Assembly: GCF_022045235.1 (NCBI RefSeq)
Contig: NW_027266343.1
Coordinates: 56,358,001 to 56,422,000, forward strand
Length of the DNA stretch: 64,000 bases
Direction: 5' to 3'
DNA from: Haliotis cracherodii
Lineage: Eukaryota
The translations under genes were made by a program, and so were the position numbers. Positions 47,939 to 60,695 of this stretch are shown one piece after another (the stretch's first letter is position 1; each line of letters starts with the position of its first letter). The notes under the pieces are model-generated. The model was not told where the DNA came from, searched no databases, and saw only the letters and a program-made list of their open reading frames with translations.

Positions 47939-50039
47939 TCATAGTACATAGCACATTACACACCCACTCTCCCTCTTCTACTAACACATTCTCCAGAAGA
48001 GTTTTATCCGTGTGGTGGAGTCATGGGAGCATGTCATTATACGGATACTGATATTTTCATCGCTATTTTGCCTTTTACGCCGAATGAAATCTGTTCGGCG
48101 GATATTCGAGACTGGTTATTCTCTAGCGTTGACGTTTCAAGTTGCTAAACCCCGCATGAAACCACACTAACCTACCCTAATATACACTTAACCTTCCAGA
48201 TACATACAACGTGCATGTGGATTGAGGCCAGACTGGCGATAGATCATGATAATGCTAACATACATGTAAAGAGAGGAGGAAGTGCGATAGATAATGATGA
48301 TAATTAGCCTACGAACCTTTTTGTTGAGGCCAATCCGCTTCCGACATACCCTGCTATGGATAAATAGCATCTCAATATATTTTGTAATTGGATTGGATAT
48401 AAGAGGCGTGATCCTAGTATAAGGTTCCCGTTTACTGCCTCTGGCTGGTACTACTTGAACCACCTCAGTCTTAACAAGGGGAAAGATTCAGGTGGAAATA
48501 TTTATCAATCAACTGATGTCGACTTCAAACACAATAATTATTGTTTCTTCTGGGATAATTCCTTAAGAACCCGAGATGTCTTAATATTATAGGATTTGGG
48601 GTTATCCATCGGGAAATTAGGTTTGCGTGATCACTGTGTTGCGCGGTACATGGTCATACATGTCATATTTAGACAAATTGATGTTACCGCCCTGTAAATC
48701 ACAATTTGAAATATAGGAGATTGAGATACGAAGCGTGTGTTTGACGCCATAGCGTCAGATGATTTCCAAACGACAATGTGTTTGTTTAGGCTCTAAGCAT
48801 CACGTACATATATGGTAATATGTATTACTCGACGCTATTTCGCCTAAATGAGCTTTTAAACACACGGATTATCAAAAAGGCTGTTGTCACGATGGGGGAA
48901 GGGTATAATCTTTCAGATGTACACCGCACAAACTCATTTCATTTATATCCAAGGTGGATAGAAGGATTTCATTTAAAAAGTTCAGTTCAGATATGACTTG
49001 ACAAAGGCGAACCGATTCCATGGGAATGCCAAGCCGTCACTGGTACTAACAGAGTTGACGTGAGTGTAGACTTCGTTAGCTTAAACATAGAGATCCGATT
49101 TAGTAATTATTTGTAGAACATGCCATGTACAAAACCTTTATCACTATGGGAAAGTTTACAAACAGAATTTGAGGTGCAAACACTACATGTGTTTTCAATG
49201 AGGCACCATGTTATACGCTGCACTGCTAATTACATTTGGAACCGGGCGGGTTATCTTCTAATTGGCGGTAATGTTTGATCAAGTTGCAAACGATTACCAT
49301 GCCACCCAACCCTTAATCGAACACAGCAGTTTTTTCCACAACTAAACACAAGAACCCGTCCTACGACGATACCATATGGACATTATACCCAATCAATTCA
49401 GCTGTTGAAAGGAGACAATCACTGTTCTTTTAAAATTCATTACTTAAGTGTCTAGAGTTTGCTCTAGCCGCCTAACGTTAATTTTGTTAGTGACTTATTA
49501 AATACGAAATTAGCCTAGTTTTCATTTTCTTAATCTCGACAATAAAATCGATTCCTTGTGGCCTTCGCTTTTCGTTTTGTTTGTTGTTACACACATATGT
49601 TTTGTAATGTTTATTATCGCTGTCTATAGCAACCATATTTAGCTTTTATATTTCACAATAACTGTGTTTGTGCTGATGTTTGCAAGTCTGATAATTACTG
49701 CTTAGTGTATTTCCATTCCTTCACCACTCTTCAAACATCAGCTAATTACATCAGTTTCAGACATCGTGTTGTCAGTTTCTATATTGATCCCGACATTGAT
49801 TTATACGTTTCATAACAAGACTAGTTATTTCAAATGGAAGGCGGTGTTAATATCCCATGCAACCTTTAGGATCCTTTACAAGTCTAAGATTTCCATTTTG
49901 CTCTAGGAAACTTGCAGTCAAAAGTTTTGAAAAATGTATGTTAAATAAGGAACATAATCGGTCACTAGACTTAGACATTGGTGGAATATTGCTAAAAGCG
50001 GCGTAAAACCATACTCCCTCGCTCATCGCTGAAAATTTT

Positions 50040-51310
50040 ATGCAATGAATTTAAGAGAGACGAGGTTGGTCGCCAGTTTTGTTAGTAATTTGTTATCTTT
50101 AGTGCCTTTAGGTAGATTGTTACTTATGAATGTTTCAGTAATATATCTCTATATCCACATTCCAAGATTTTTCCAGAATGTTTTTTAAAAAAAACTCTTC
50201 TGAGAATCCATCAATACCTGGGCTTCTGTTATTTTTTTCTTAAATCTTACAGCCTTTGTTTTTCATCCATGTTAATCATGTTTGATTTGTGATTTACTGA
50301 GTTTTGGTGTATTAACCTTGTATAATACATTTTTACTTTCACTAGTTACAGTACCAGTACAGTTTCCTTGAAAATGTGTTTGTTCAGTTAGAATTGTTTG
50401 GCCATCGGTTATTAACTCCCACGTAGCAGTTATGATACCGTTAATTAGTTTACAAGTGTATGTGCTGTTTTCAAGGTAAATATTTTAATGGTTTCACCCC
50501 TCCCTCAAACCCATGGATACTGTTTCTTATTTTTATACCTTTTAATTCTTCTTCCTTCAGTTTTCCAAAAAGCCTGACAGCTTTGATTCACTTATATTCT
50601 GAAAATCACTCCTAATCTCCTCTTCTATTTTTTGCTTTATCTTCTCAAAATGTTTGCCTTCTTTATTTTTGGTTTTCTTTACATAGGTGGAAAAGGATAA
50701 TGATTTTCCTCTCATGTTTATCAGAGAATCATTGATTTTTTCGCACTTCATCTTTCGTATATTGACTGTAAAACAGTAAATATGTATTCAACTTTCAGAA
50801 GTCCTATGTACCACTTTTTCTGAGTTCGTTTGAAAAAGTCAGAGTTCTTGTGGAGTGATCTGATTTGAATCCTAGTAGAGTTGTAGAATCAATAGTTATA
50901 TTTGCTTTGTCTTGTGAGACCAAAAAATAGTTAAGTCTAGCATGTTATTTTTGCTTTTCCACCGTGTGTATTTTTTGCATCTTGATCTTTTCCTCTCCAA
51001 ATGTCAATCAGATCAAAGATTTCTGTACATCTAGTTCTTTATGTCTTGCCTTGTTGATATCTTCTTATAATGTTTCAAATCCACAGCTGGATTGTGTACC
51101 TACTTCCAGTCTCTGCATATGGCCAGTGATTGATATTCTAATTCGTCTTTATTGTTGAATAAAGTATTGTAGAAAGCAGGATCATCTTGAGTTAACCTTA
51201 TACCCTGTGGTATCTATCATTTCAATTAATATCGTATTCAAATCTATGGGTTTTTATGCCTAAATGATAACAAAACAAAATAGCAACTCCTCTTGCGTTT
51301 GACTTGTAAA
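50040..51310 (-). mobile_element. Degraded L1/Tx1-type LINE ORF2 fragment (endonuclease to start of RT)
   Basis: SNARGVAILF (~51275-51305), ARLNYFLVS (~50915-50942), RGKSLSFS, SPGIDGFSEEF (~50195-50225). Confidence 0.7.
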
Positions 51311-51320
51311 GCGCTATATA

Positions 51321-52300
51321 TACTCAACAACAAAAGTTCCTGTGACACCAATATTTTAGTGTATTTTTAAAACAAGTAAAGTTTGGTTTTCAATATTGTA
51401 GTACATGTACGGAATCAAGTCACAAAAACGCAACTGATACAGAAAAGCATGCATTCCATGCAAAAGTTGACTTTTATGCAAGCCACATGCATTTCTCTAC
51501 CCAAGAATGGGTATAAAAACCCAACGGTATTCCATATGAATTGTTTACCATCGTGTTGACAACGATAGCGATAGCGATGGACGGATTCGAGTGTACCGAC
51601 GTCGAGGTGGACGTTACGTCAATCATTGTGTCATGGAAGAAGATCCGTTCTGGGGCGGCAGTTTTATGGGATGGGGTGGGAGTACAGCGAGAAAGAGGAC
51701 CCGTTTGATAGTGGTAGAGGGAAATCTCAATGGACAACGCTACCGAGACGAAATCATTGGCCCTGTTTTTCTACCGTTTTTTGCGTCGCCATGGCCAAGG
51801 CATTACCTTTCAACATGACAACGCCCGGACTCATATTGTTCGACTTGTTCAGGGTTGTCTTCAACAAAACAACGTGAATGTCATCCCTTGGCTGGCTCGC
51901 TCCCCTGATCTCTCACCAATCGAGCACATGTGGGATGAGATGGATCGGCGCCTTCGACGTCAACCACGTGCTCCACAGACACTCCAGGAACTTCGAAACA
52001 TGCTCCAGCAGATATGGACAGATATCCCACAGGACTTTGTGCGACGCCTGGTCCATTCCATGAGACGAAGATGTGTTGCTTGCATCGCAGCCAGAGATGG
52101 ACACACACGCTTTTGATTTGTAAATTGACATTTGAGCATGTTCATGTTTTTTTTATGAAATCACCCATTTTCTGAAGTGAGTATGGCACATTAAACCATT
52201 TGAACACTTACATGCGTCTTTTATCTGTTGCAAGCCGAAATTGTTTCAGATGTGGTAAAAAAAACATAACATTGCTAAAATATTTACAAACCTTTTTCAT
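51321..52300 (+). mobile_element. Tc1-family transposon, internally deleted
   Basis: Left end TA-tactcaacaacaaaag; transposase C-terminal half FQHDNARTH, WLARSPDLSPIEHMWD, LVHSMRRRC (ORFs 51591-52116). Right TIR not found. Confidence 0.88.
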
Positions 52301-53859
52301 GCCACAAAGGAGTAAACGTCTACGACTTGTGCCGCTTTGGGGTTTGCTCACAACATTAAGCCGATACCCCGTGATATAACTGCCATAAATGTAATGTCGA
52401 TCTAGCCCCTTAAACTAGAAATATTTGGCTCTTTCCACTTAAAAAAACCCGGCGTCTGATCTGTAGCCACCCCTATCCAATTAATCGTATTGATATGAAT
52501 TAATAATACTTTTAATACCTTTTTGTAATGGTTATGTTTGACTCTGTTAATTTCCAGTTGACAACAATACAGGATCTTACAACCCCAAGGATTTTTCATT
52601 GGGCAGAATCACAATGAAAGGGTTCTTTCTATCAATCAGTGGTAATTATACAATGATTTGTATCAAATCTATGGTCAGTGTAGAACAGCAGTGCAATTGA
52701 ATAGTGTCGACTTCATTTTCAGGTTTATAAGAAACATATTTTTGGTCAAAGTTCTTTTGATCGTTTGATCGCAGAAACGAATTTTCATGTCAACAGTTGT
52801 TTTCATTAATAGAACCAAGGCTTCCCAACCACAACACTATTTACGATGAGTATATGCAATAATCACCTGCGCGTGCTTCCCAGCTTATGAAACATATTTA
52901 AGTCAAATGGAACCCTATATAAGCATGAATACATATGACATGCTTAATTAAGGACTTATTTAGTCTATGGTAATAATGGTTACATTCATGATGTTCAAAG
53001 ACCACATATATCCCCATGTCACACGTTTTCGAGCCTCATCTTTTTTCGAGCCCCTTAGAAATACGTGACCATGCGCTAAATGACGTAAACAAGGTAGACG
53101 CTTCAACGCCCACTGAAGACTTCAGCAGCAAGTCGCAAATAACGAAAGAATAACTTGATGTGATTTGGATACTGATGTAAGGGTTCCTTCGCGTTCGTCG
53201 TCACATCCGAGCAAAGAGTAGTGTCTCCTAATGTGGTCGTGTCTCCGCTTCCTCACACCTGTTTCCTGTATGTGTTCCGATGAGAAATAGCGAGTTATTA
53301 CCACATCTAGTCTTCACAGTACATTATACACGCAAAAAAGTGATACTTGTTTTCCCTCGGTCCCCGTGCCTGTACCTACTTACGACCAGTAAGTGCAAGA
53401 CCAGTACTTACTTTCCCTGACATTCTATATGCACGAGGAGTCAGTTTTCATACTACTGAAAACGGGCGAAATTAGCAAATAAGATGCTGTAAAAACGTCG
53501 GAAAACGTTTCAATGTTTACACAAACAAATTGTTAGGAAAGTCAAAGCTCTGTGTGATGTGTACATGTATACACCACATGACAAATCGATGTTACATTTC
53601 GATCCCTTTAAAGAACCTGTCTTTGACTCCGTCACGTAATTGAAGGGACAAAATTAGGGGAAATTAAACATCATTCGGGATAATTATTCGCTTTCAGAAC
53701 ATATTACCAACTATGGAATCGGTGGCTTCCTTAATAATCGCAGATGTGCTGATGTAAAGGGTTCATCTTTGCAAAAGGAATGTCCGGCCATATGCTGAGC
53801 TTGAGCTCTCCTTCCTTCCATATCCGACATGGAAGGATACATGCATCAAGATGAATATT

Positions 53860-54066
53860 GGTTTTCTACGCCGTACTCAGCGCAATGACGGCGGCCTGTG
53901 ATACTCTGAATAAACTAATATTTCATACTATGAGTAATGTCCCACTATGTACGAAGGCGACATATTATCAAACAAGTCAACCGAGCCTGATAACCAGCCG
54001 ATCTACTTAACCGCCTCGTTCGACAAGCATAGACTGCTGGATACCTACATGCATTCTCACCCGGAA
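53860..54066 (-). mobile_element. Highly diverged family A copy
   Basis: acgccgtactcagc, tgacggcgg, caagtcaaccgagcctga, cgacaagcat, attctcacccgga occur in family order. Confidence 0.65.
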
Positions 54067-55058
54067 ACCTGTCTGGTCCTTACTGACAATGGAATGAATG
54101 CTGAAATGAAATTGTCACTCCTGTTTAGTTTTGGCGTTGTTTCTGCACTAAAACCACATGTAAATAACTTAAGGTTTTGATTTTTTTATTAAAAAAGATG
54201 TTATATTATTATGAAGGTTCCTTTGAGAATGGGAAGACAGAAACATGTCCTTATGCAAACCTACGCAAAAAAATTGTAAGTAATTTCGTGGAGTTTGATT
54301 GCCTGACCAATCACATTAATGTTTCGTTTATGTCTCTTAAAACGAAAAGAATTAGTCCAAGCCCACTGGCACGCTTTCCTATTGGCTGAATGGGTGCGGC
54401 TTGTGTTGCATTATTGCGCTGAGCGATGCCACTGATTCGTCTAGTTGTAGGTATTTATGAGAATTGAGTTCAACATAAACGTTATAAACGAAAAAAGCCA
54501 ACGTGCACCGATTTACACAGTATGCACATCGGTTATTTCGGTTTTACCTCCATAAACGCAAAAAGTATTGAAGTCAGTTCTTAAATATCAGCTGAGAAGA
54601 CTGCACGGTGTTTGTATGATTTTTAAAAATAAGAAGATTTGTACCAAACCCAGTATATGATAGTGTGGAATATTGTGCTACGTCTCTACGCCTGAAATAT
54701 GTCAGTCTAATGGCATGTTACTATTGATGCCAGTTCCTTTGAGACACGTGAAACAAATGGCGTTGTCAGTACATGATCTTATCTTAAAACCGTTATGTTT
54801 TCTTCAATGGATCCTAAAGGCGAGCCAGTGATGTCCGATAAACGACCGTATATCGCTCAAAAATATTAACATGAACAGTATGGATTCAGTGTGTGGGGCG
54901 GTGGGGGTCATTATAAAATGTTACATAAAATGGCGGGGGTGGGGTGGGGATGGTGTTGGTCGTCGGTCGTGGGGTGGGTAGTGGGGTGTGAGAATGGGTT
55001 AGCAAGAAAATGATACAGTATTAAGACCAATCTCACCGGCCTAGCACCCCGTATAATA

Positions 55059-56535
55059 TACTGAACAGCATTGAAAACGCACCACCATGAAAATGGATGT
55101 ATTTTTATCCGGGCTTAAGTCATATGAAAATATATAAGTGAATGAGCAGAAAGAAGAACAGCTCGTCAAAACACATTCCTAATGAGTGAGCTAAGTCGCC
55201 AAAACGCAACAAATTGCGTGCACATCATGGAAAACGTGTTTTGTTTCACGGGAACCATTCAGAATAGGGCTATAAAAGACAGACTTTTAAAAGCCACATC
55301 ACTTGTTGCTGCAGACGTAAAGGGTACTGACACAAGAAATGCCAAGATTAACAGCAGAGGAACGTGAACGTGCCTTGGGCATGCTTCAAGTTGGTACGTC
55401 AAGTAGAGTCGTTGCACAACGGTTTCAATGTCATCATTCAACATTCCTCAGGCTACTGAGCAGATACCAGCAGACAAGAACCACCAGAGATCGACCACGT
55501 CCAGGTCAACGTCGTGTAACTACACCACGCCAGGATCGCCATATTGTTCGTCGGAATCTTCATGATCGTACACTTCCGGCTACCAGGACTGCAGCAACCG
55601 TACAAGGCCGACGGAATTGATCAGTGCTGACACCGTACGTCGTCGTCTCCGCTCAGCAGGGCTACTTGCTCGACGTCCATATGTTGGTCCCATACTCACT
55701 GATCGACATCGAAATGAACGTCTGCGTTGGGCCAAAAGGCATCGTCATTGGAGATTGCGGCAGTGGCATGGTGTGCTGTTCTCTGATGAGTCCCGTTTTC
55801 ATTTACGGAAATTCAATGCTGACGGTCGACTGCGAGTGTGACGTCGACGTGGAGAACGTTACCACAATGACTGCGTTGTAAAAACAGATCGAAGGGGGGG
55901 AGGGGGGGGGGGGGTGTCATGGTGTGGGTCGGCATCACTCATAACCATCGAACAGAGGTCCATGTTGGTCGTGGAAGAGTTAATGTTCTTTACTACAGGA
56001 ATAACATAACATATTGGCATATCACGTCATCCCATTCTTTCCTCAGCACCAGGATATGCACACCTTCCAGCAAGATAATGCAAGAGCGCACACAGCACGT
56101 GTTTCAACACAGTTGCTAGCGAACAATAATGTGCCTCTGCTTTCATGGCCAGCCCTGTCACCCGATCTATCGCCAATTGAAAATCTATGGAATTACCTGG
56201 GTCAACGCCTCTCACGTCGTCCGCAAGTACAGAACCTGATAGAACTTGAAGATACACTACGTCAAGAGTGGAATGCCCCAGAACACTATTCGCAGACTTA
56301 TTCGATCAATGGGAAGACGTTGCATGGCCTGTGCTGCTGTCAATGGCGGACATACCAGATATTGACTTTTCATTTTAACCCTATGTGTCTTCCTTAAACT
56401 GATGACGTAATTGTAATTACTGTGTGATATTCCTGTTTCCTTTGTCGTCTGTTCTAATAAAAATCGGTCATTGCTCAAGTTGTTTTTGTAATATTTCAAG
56501 ATTTATTGCTGGTGCGTTTTCAATGCTGTTCAGTA
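55059..56535 (+). mobile_element. Full-length Tc1 transposon with disrupted transposase (55339 to ~56365)
   Basis: 26-bp perfect TIR tactgaacagcattgaaaacgcacca with TA TSD; HTH MPRLT...RPRPGQRRVTT, FSDESRF, FQQDNARAH, WPALSPDLSPIENLW. Frameshifts and a stop at 55839. Confidence 0.96.
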
Positions 56536-56799
56536 TATGTGACCATTCCCTTAATGTAATAATTTGGAACGCTACGTTAAACCGCATTTCACTTCACCTC
56601 ACCTGACATATGCTAATTTGGGGTCACTGCCCTTGTAGGAGGCCATTCTTGATTTTGACACTTCTGCGAAAGGTCGTCCAATCGCTCAGAGCCATTGGCA
56701 TTGTTTTCACTGTTCACAGTTACACGTGAGCCCTCTACTCTTGCTCTAATGCAGTGTTTGTGATCAGCTTGAGAATGCGAGACGTCTACAATGTGATGA

Positions 56800-57480
56800 A
56801 CGCCTAAGGCCTTTAAGCATACTTCTAACTTCTAGAATCCAGCGAGAAGTGTGTCTCAGTCTGTAATTAGCAGAATTTGGAACAAGTTTCTGCAGACACC
56901 AAATGTTAATGATCGGCCACTCACAGGGCGCATAGGGGCAACAACTCAAGTCCAGGATCGATTAATTAGAAACCAAGCTTAAAGAAATAGTGCCCAAACA
57001 TATATCAAATTGGTGTTCTCTTGCGCCAGGCCACAGGAGTTCAAATTACTGACCAGGGCATTAGAAATCGTAAGGCAACATGAATGACAGATTTGGGGGT
57101 GGGTCTGTAATGTCATGGGCTTTGATCGCTATGCTTGCCAGGACGCCACTGCATATTGTAGATGGAAGGGTCACTGGACAGTCCGAGACAATAGGCTGCT
57201 GTGCCAATAGTTGTGCCCTGGGCGCGCCATGCTGTTCCACGTTTTGACTTTCAAGACGATAATACTTGCGCCCATCGTGCACATATACTAACTGACTTCC
57301 TCTTGGACATGATCGGGGACGAGTCCGTGAAAGGCACCAGCTACGTTGGCCGGACTTGGCCAGGAGCTACAAGAGGAGTGGACAAAACTCCCTCAACGTG
57401 TGATTGGGAGATTGATTCTCAACGTGCCACGCCGTATCTAAGAACGTTTGACCAATCATGGGGGCATGACCCATTATTGA
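56800..57480 (+). mobile_element. Old Tc1 remnant
   Basis: ATTQVQDRLIR, DRFGGGSVMSW, FQDDNTCAHRAH fragments. Confidence 0.75.
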
Positions 57481-57559
57481 TCAAGTCATCTCAAACATTC
57501 ATCTTTTGACCCCTCTCGTTCTTCTTAGTTGTTTGTGTCTTTACAATACACCGCCAATG

Positions 57560-58400
57560 CAATCTGCTGATTTTCATGTTACAACTAGTCCTTCCTATTT
57601 CTAACCCATCCATAACCATCCCTCCAAAGGCTGTAACTGCAACACTGTTCGACATAAAGGTCAATTTGACCACTGGAAAGTCCTTTCGTATCATCTTCAT
57701 CAGTTAACATACATTCCTTGATATCAAGTTCTTTGATTAAACAATTAATGTAGTAATGCTTACATACAATGGCAATGTTATTTAAGGCCTTTTGGGTGAG
57801 ATATAAAACACACTTGTACATTGTACATTGCTGTGCAGCTATGCCTTGGACGACAGCTAGATTGCAAAATATTGGTTTATTTCCGTTTGTATTATCTGAA
57901 TGACAACATCCCATTGTCATTGACGATTCATTGACGATTCGTTTGGCTAATGATAGTAATACTTACATTGTTTTGATATGGAACGAGCAGAGGTATATTT
58001 AATATAATCAAAATAACTGAGATCACAGTATGGTGGTTTAAACGCTAACCTTACCATATTGAAATTTGAATTTCTTTGTCGAGCATTTTTGAACAACGTA
58101 AATATAAGGAATGCGGTATACATGTCGTTGGCAACATGACTAACACGATGGAGGACTTTTGTGTGAAAAAACATAAGGTGAAGGCCTTCAGGTCATGGTC
58201 CTCCTTCCTCCTATTCAAGGTTAAGTCGATCTTGTTTTCGGTTTCTACATTCCCTGCGAAATAATTAAGGCGGATCACTATCAGGGTCAGTGATCGGCAG
58301 CATGTTATATTAGTACCTAGTGATGAGAACATGAGCACGGGGGTCTTTATTATAAGTATTAGTCGGTGACGGAAGTCGGTATATTGACATTGGATACATC
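57560..58400 (-). pseudogene. Penelope-like (Naiad-type) RT remnant
   Basis: QKALNNIAIVCKHYYINCLIKEL (ORF 57585-57920) resembles the DKASNN..VC..YY...L..EL pre-RT motif; surrounding sequence is degraded. Confidence 0.5.
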
Positions 58401-58704
58401 GCACGCATGTACCAGTATAATCTTTAAATCACGTTTCACGGTGTGATCATGAATGGCGTGTAGCATTGGGGAGAGGAAAAATTTGGTCCAGAGTTATTTC
58501 GAAAATGCAGATATTTCGACTTACTGATGGCGCAGAGATCTGGTTCGGTGCATACCAGAGATATGGCTGAGTCAATATATATACGCCTATAATATTAGTT
58601 TCTAACTGTCGTGAATATAATCCAGCTATATCACGCAATTAGTAAATAAACGAGTATCGGGACACATGTGGTTGATATCATGATCAACGTCCCACTTCAG
58701 AACG

Positions 58705-58978
58705 GACCCGTGAAGATCCGGGGTTGAATAGATCTTCAGCTACCCATGCTTGCCGTAAAAGGCGACTATGCTTGTCGTAAAAGGCGACTAACGGGATCGG
58801 GTGGTCAGACTAGCTGACTTGGTTGATGCATGTCATCGATCCCAATTGCGTGGATCGATGCTCATGATAGTAATCACTGGATTGTCAGGTCCAGACTCGA
58901 TTATTTACAGACCGCCGTCATCTAGCTTGAATATTGCTGAGTTCGGCGTTAAACAACAAAGCAACCAACCAGCCAACA
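58705..58978 (+). mobile_element. Family A copy, full length
   Basis: TSD acttcagaacgg at 58694-58705 and 58979-58990. Confidence 0.94.
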
Positions 58979-59432
58979 ACTTCAGAACGGCTAACCCCTT
59001 GATACCATTAAATACGGCTGTGGCGACAATCATGAGGTACTGTGGACCTCTTCTGACCCCACATCAATATTCATATGAATACTTGAGGCTTTCTTTCTCC
59101 TGCAAATAGCTTCGTACATTGATTGAACTTATTCAGTTATACCTAACGCTAAGGTCAATATTTCCATTTGTATGGCAGTCTTCGAAAAAGGAATAAATTA
59201 AATTGGTTTATCTGTGACTCAGTTACAGAAACAAAACTGATCAACATTACCAAATGCATATTAACTAACTTTCACCTTGTTCTATCCTTGTTGTCACTCT
59301 GATGTAATGTCTCTGATGACATACTGCAAATACCAGATTATCAGTACGTTTCTGCCTCAAATGTTGTGATCTCAACCATGGATAAAAGTACACTAGTATC
59401 AATAGATAATATATTGCGTCATGATAGGTGCT

Positions 59433-59704
59433 GACCCGTGACTTTCCGGGGTAGGATAGGTCTTTAGCAACACATACTTCCCGTAAAAGGCGACTATGCT
59501 TGTCGTAAGAGGCAAGGCGACTAAAGGGATCGGGTGGTCAGGTTAGCTGACTTGGTTGATTCATGTCATCGTATCCCAATTGCGTGGATCGATGCTCATG
59601 ATTTCCATCACTGGATTGTCTGGTCCAGACTCGATTATTTACAGACCGCCGTCATATAGCTGGAATATTGCTAAGTGCGGCGTTAAACAACAAACAACAA
59701 CAAC
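59433..59704 (+). mobile_element. Family A copy, full length
   Basis: Starts gacccgtg; complete body; (caa)n tail. Confidence 0.93.
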
Positions 59705-60587
59705 GTAATAGATGCTCGGGATGTTTACGAATAAGATGAGTAAAGACTGTGTGAGTAATCTGAACAACCACCATTGTTGACCTAAATTGTATGGTCGGAA
59801 AGCCAAAGTCATATTCTGTAAACACGAGCACAAACAATCCAAAGCGATGCCGTAGCATGCATATTGAGCACAGCTTCTGCTATGCATTATGGCGAATCTG
59901 TAGTTTAAATTACTGATCCATTTACGTATCTTCATGTCGAATAAAGTACATCACTATGGCGACCACACTGGCCCTGGTCAAGGTTCCAACGCTACACGTG
60001 GTCACATGAAACACGGCTTGTCAACTGTCGTCGTTTTGACTGCCAGTACTCTCTTGCTGGCTGCAGTAATTGGGAACACATACATGTACGTGTGTATTTC
60101 AGGGATCGTGATTGGTTCAGTGACTGTGCATAATTGCGTCCCTTATCGTGCCAGGATCTGTCAGTTGTGGATTGGCCTCGATTATGATCCCTGTACTGTC
60201 ATCATATTACCCTCAGTGCATTATGTTGTCTTCCTGCGTCTACTTAAAGGAAACCATCGAACTATATTCAACGATCGGAAGACCTAGAATAACACGTGAC
60301 ATAAACACGTCCAAATGGCATTACCTTTCTATCAAACTACCATTAAGGACTTGAAAACCCGGTGGCCCGTAATAGTACAATAGTATACGCCTCGTACTTG
60401 GATTTATCAGCGCGTAAAGTGAAAGATCGATGGCTGCCTTTAATATATTTCTGACCTCGATCTAGGTATAAATAACCGTTCATATTACAGAATATAGACG
60501 GCCGTGTACCTGTTCCGTTATCTCTTCATATTTTTTCACCGTTAATTTGCCTCTTACGCTACGTGGAATCGGCGGATTGCACCACTT

Positions 60588-60695
60588 TGCATTACTTCGG
60601 GTTTTCCTCCCTCATTTAGCTGACACGCAATGATATAACTGCAATACAGTAAAAAAGTGGCGTTAAATCTAACTCACTCATTTAACTCACTCACT
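60588..60695 (+). mobile_element. SINE family B 3' fragment
   Basis: acttcgggttttcctccc...gctgacacgc...ggcgttaaatctaactcactca. Confidence 0.82.

Noticed and set aside
54890-55000. G-rich tract with quadruplex potential
   Set aside because: Low-complexity sequence with no evidence of function.
58705-58800. tRNA-Sec or SRP Alu-domain origin for the family A head
   Set aside because: Only superficial cloverleaf or kissing-loop resemblance; no T-loop/B box and no convincing sequence alignment.
59934-60287. 117-aa ORF with a hydrophobic stretch
   Set aside because: No recognisable motif; length is compatible with chance.
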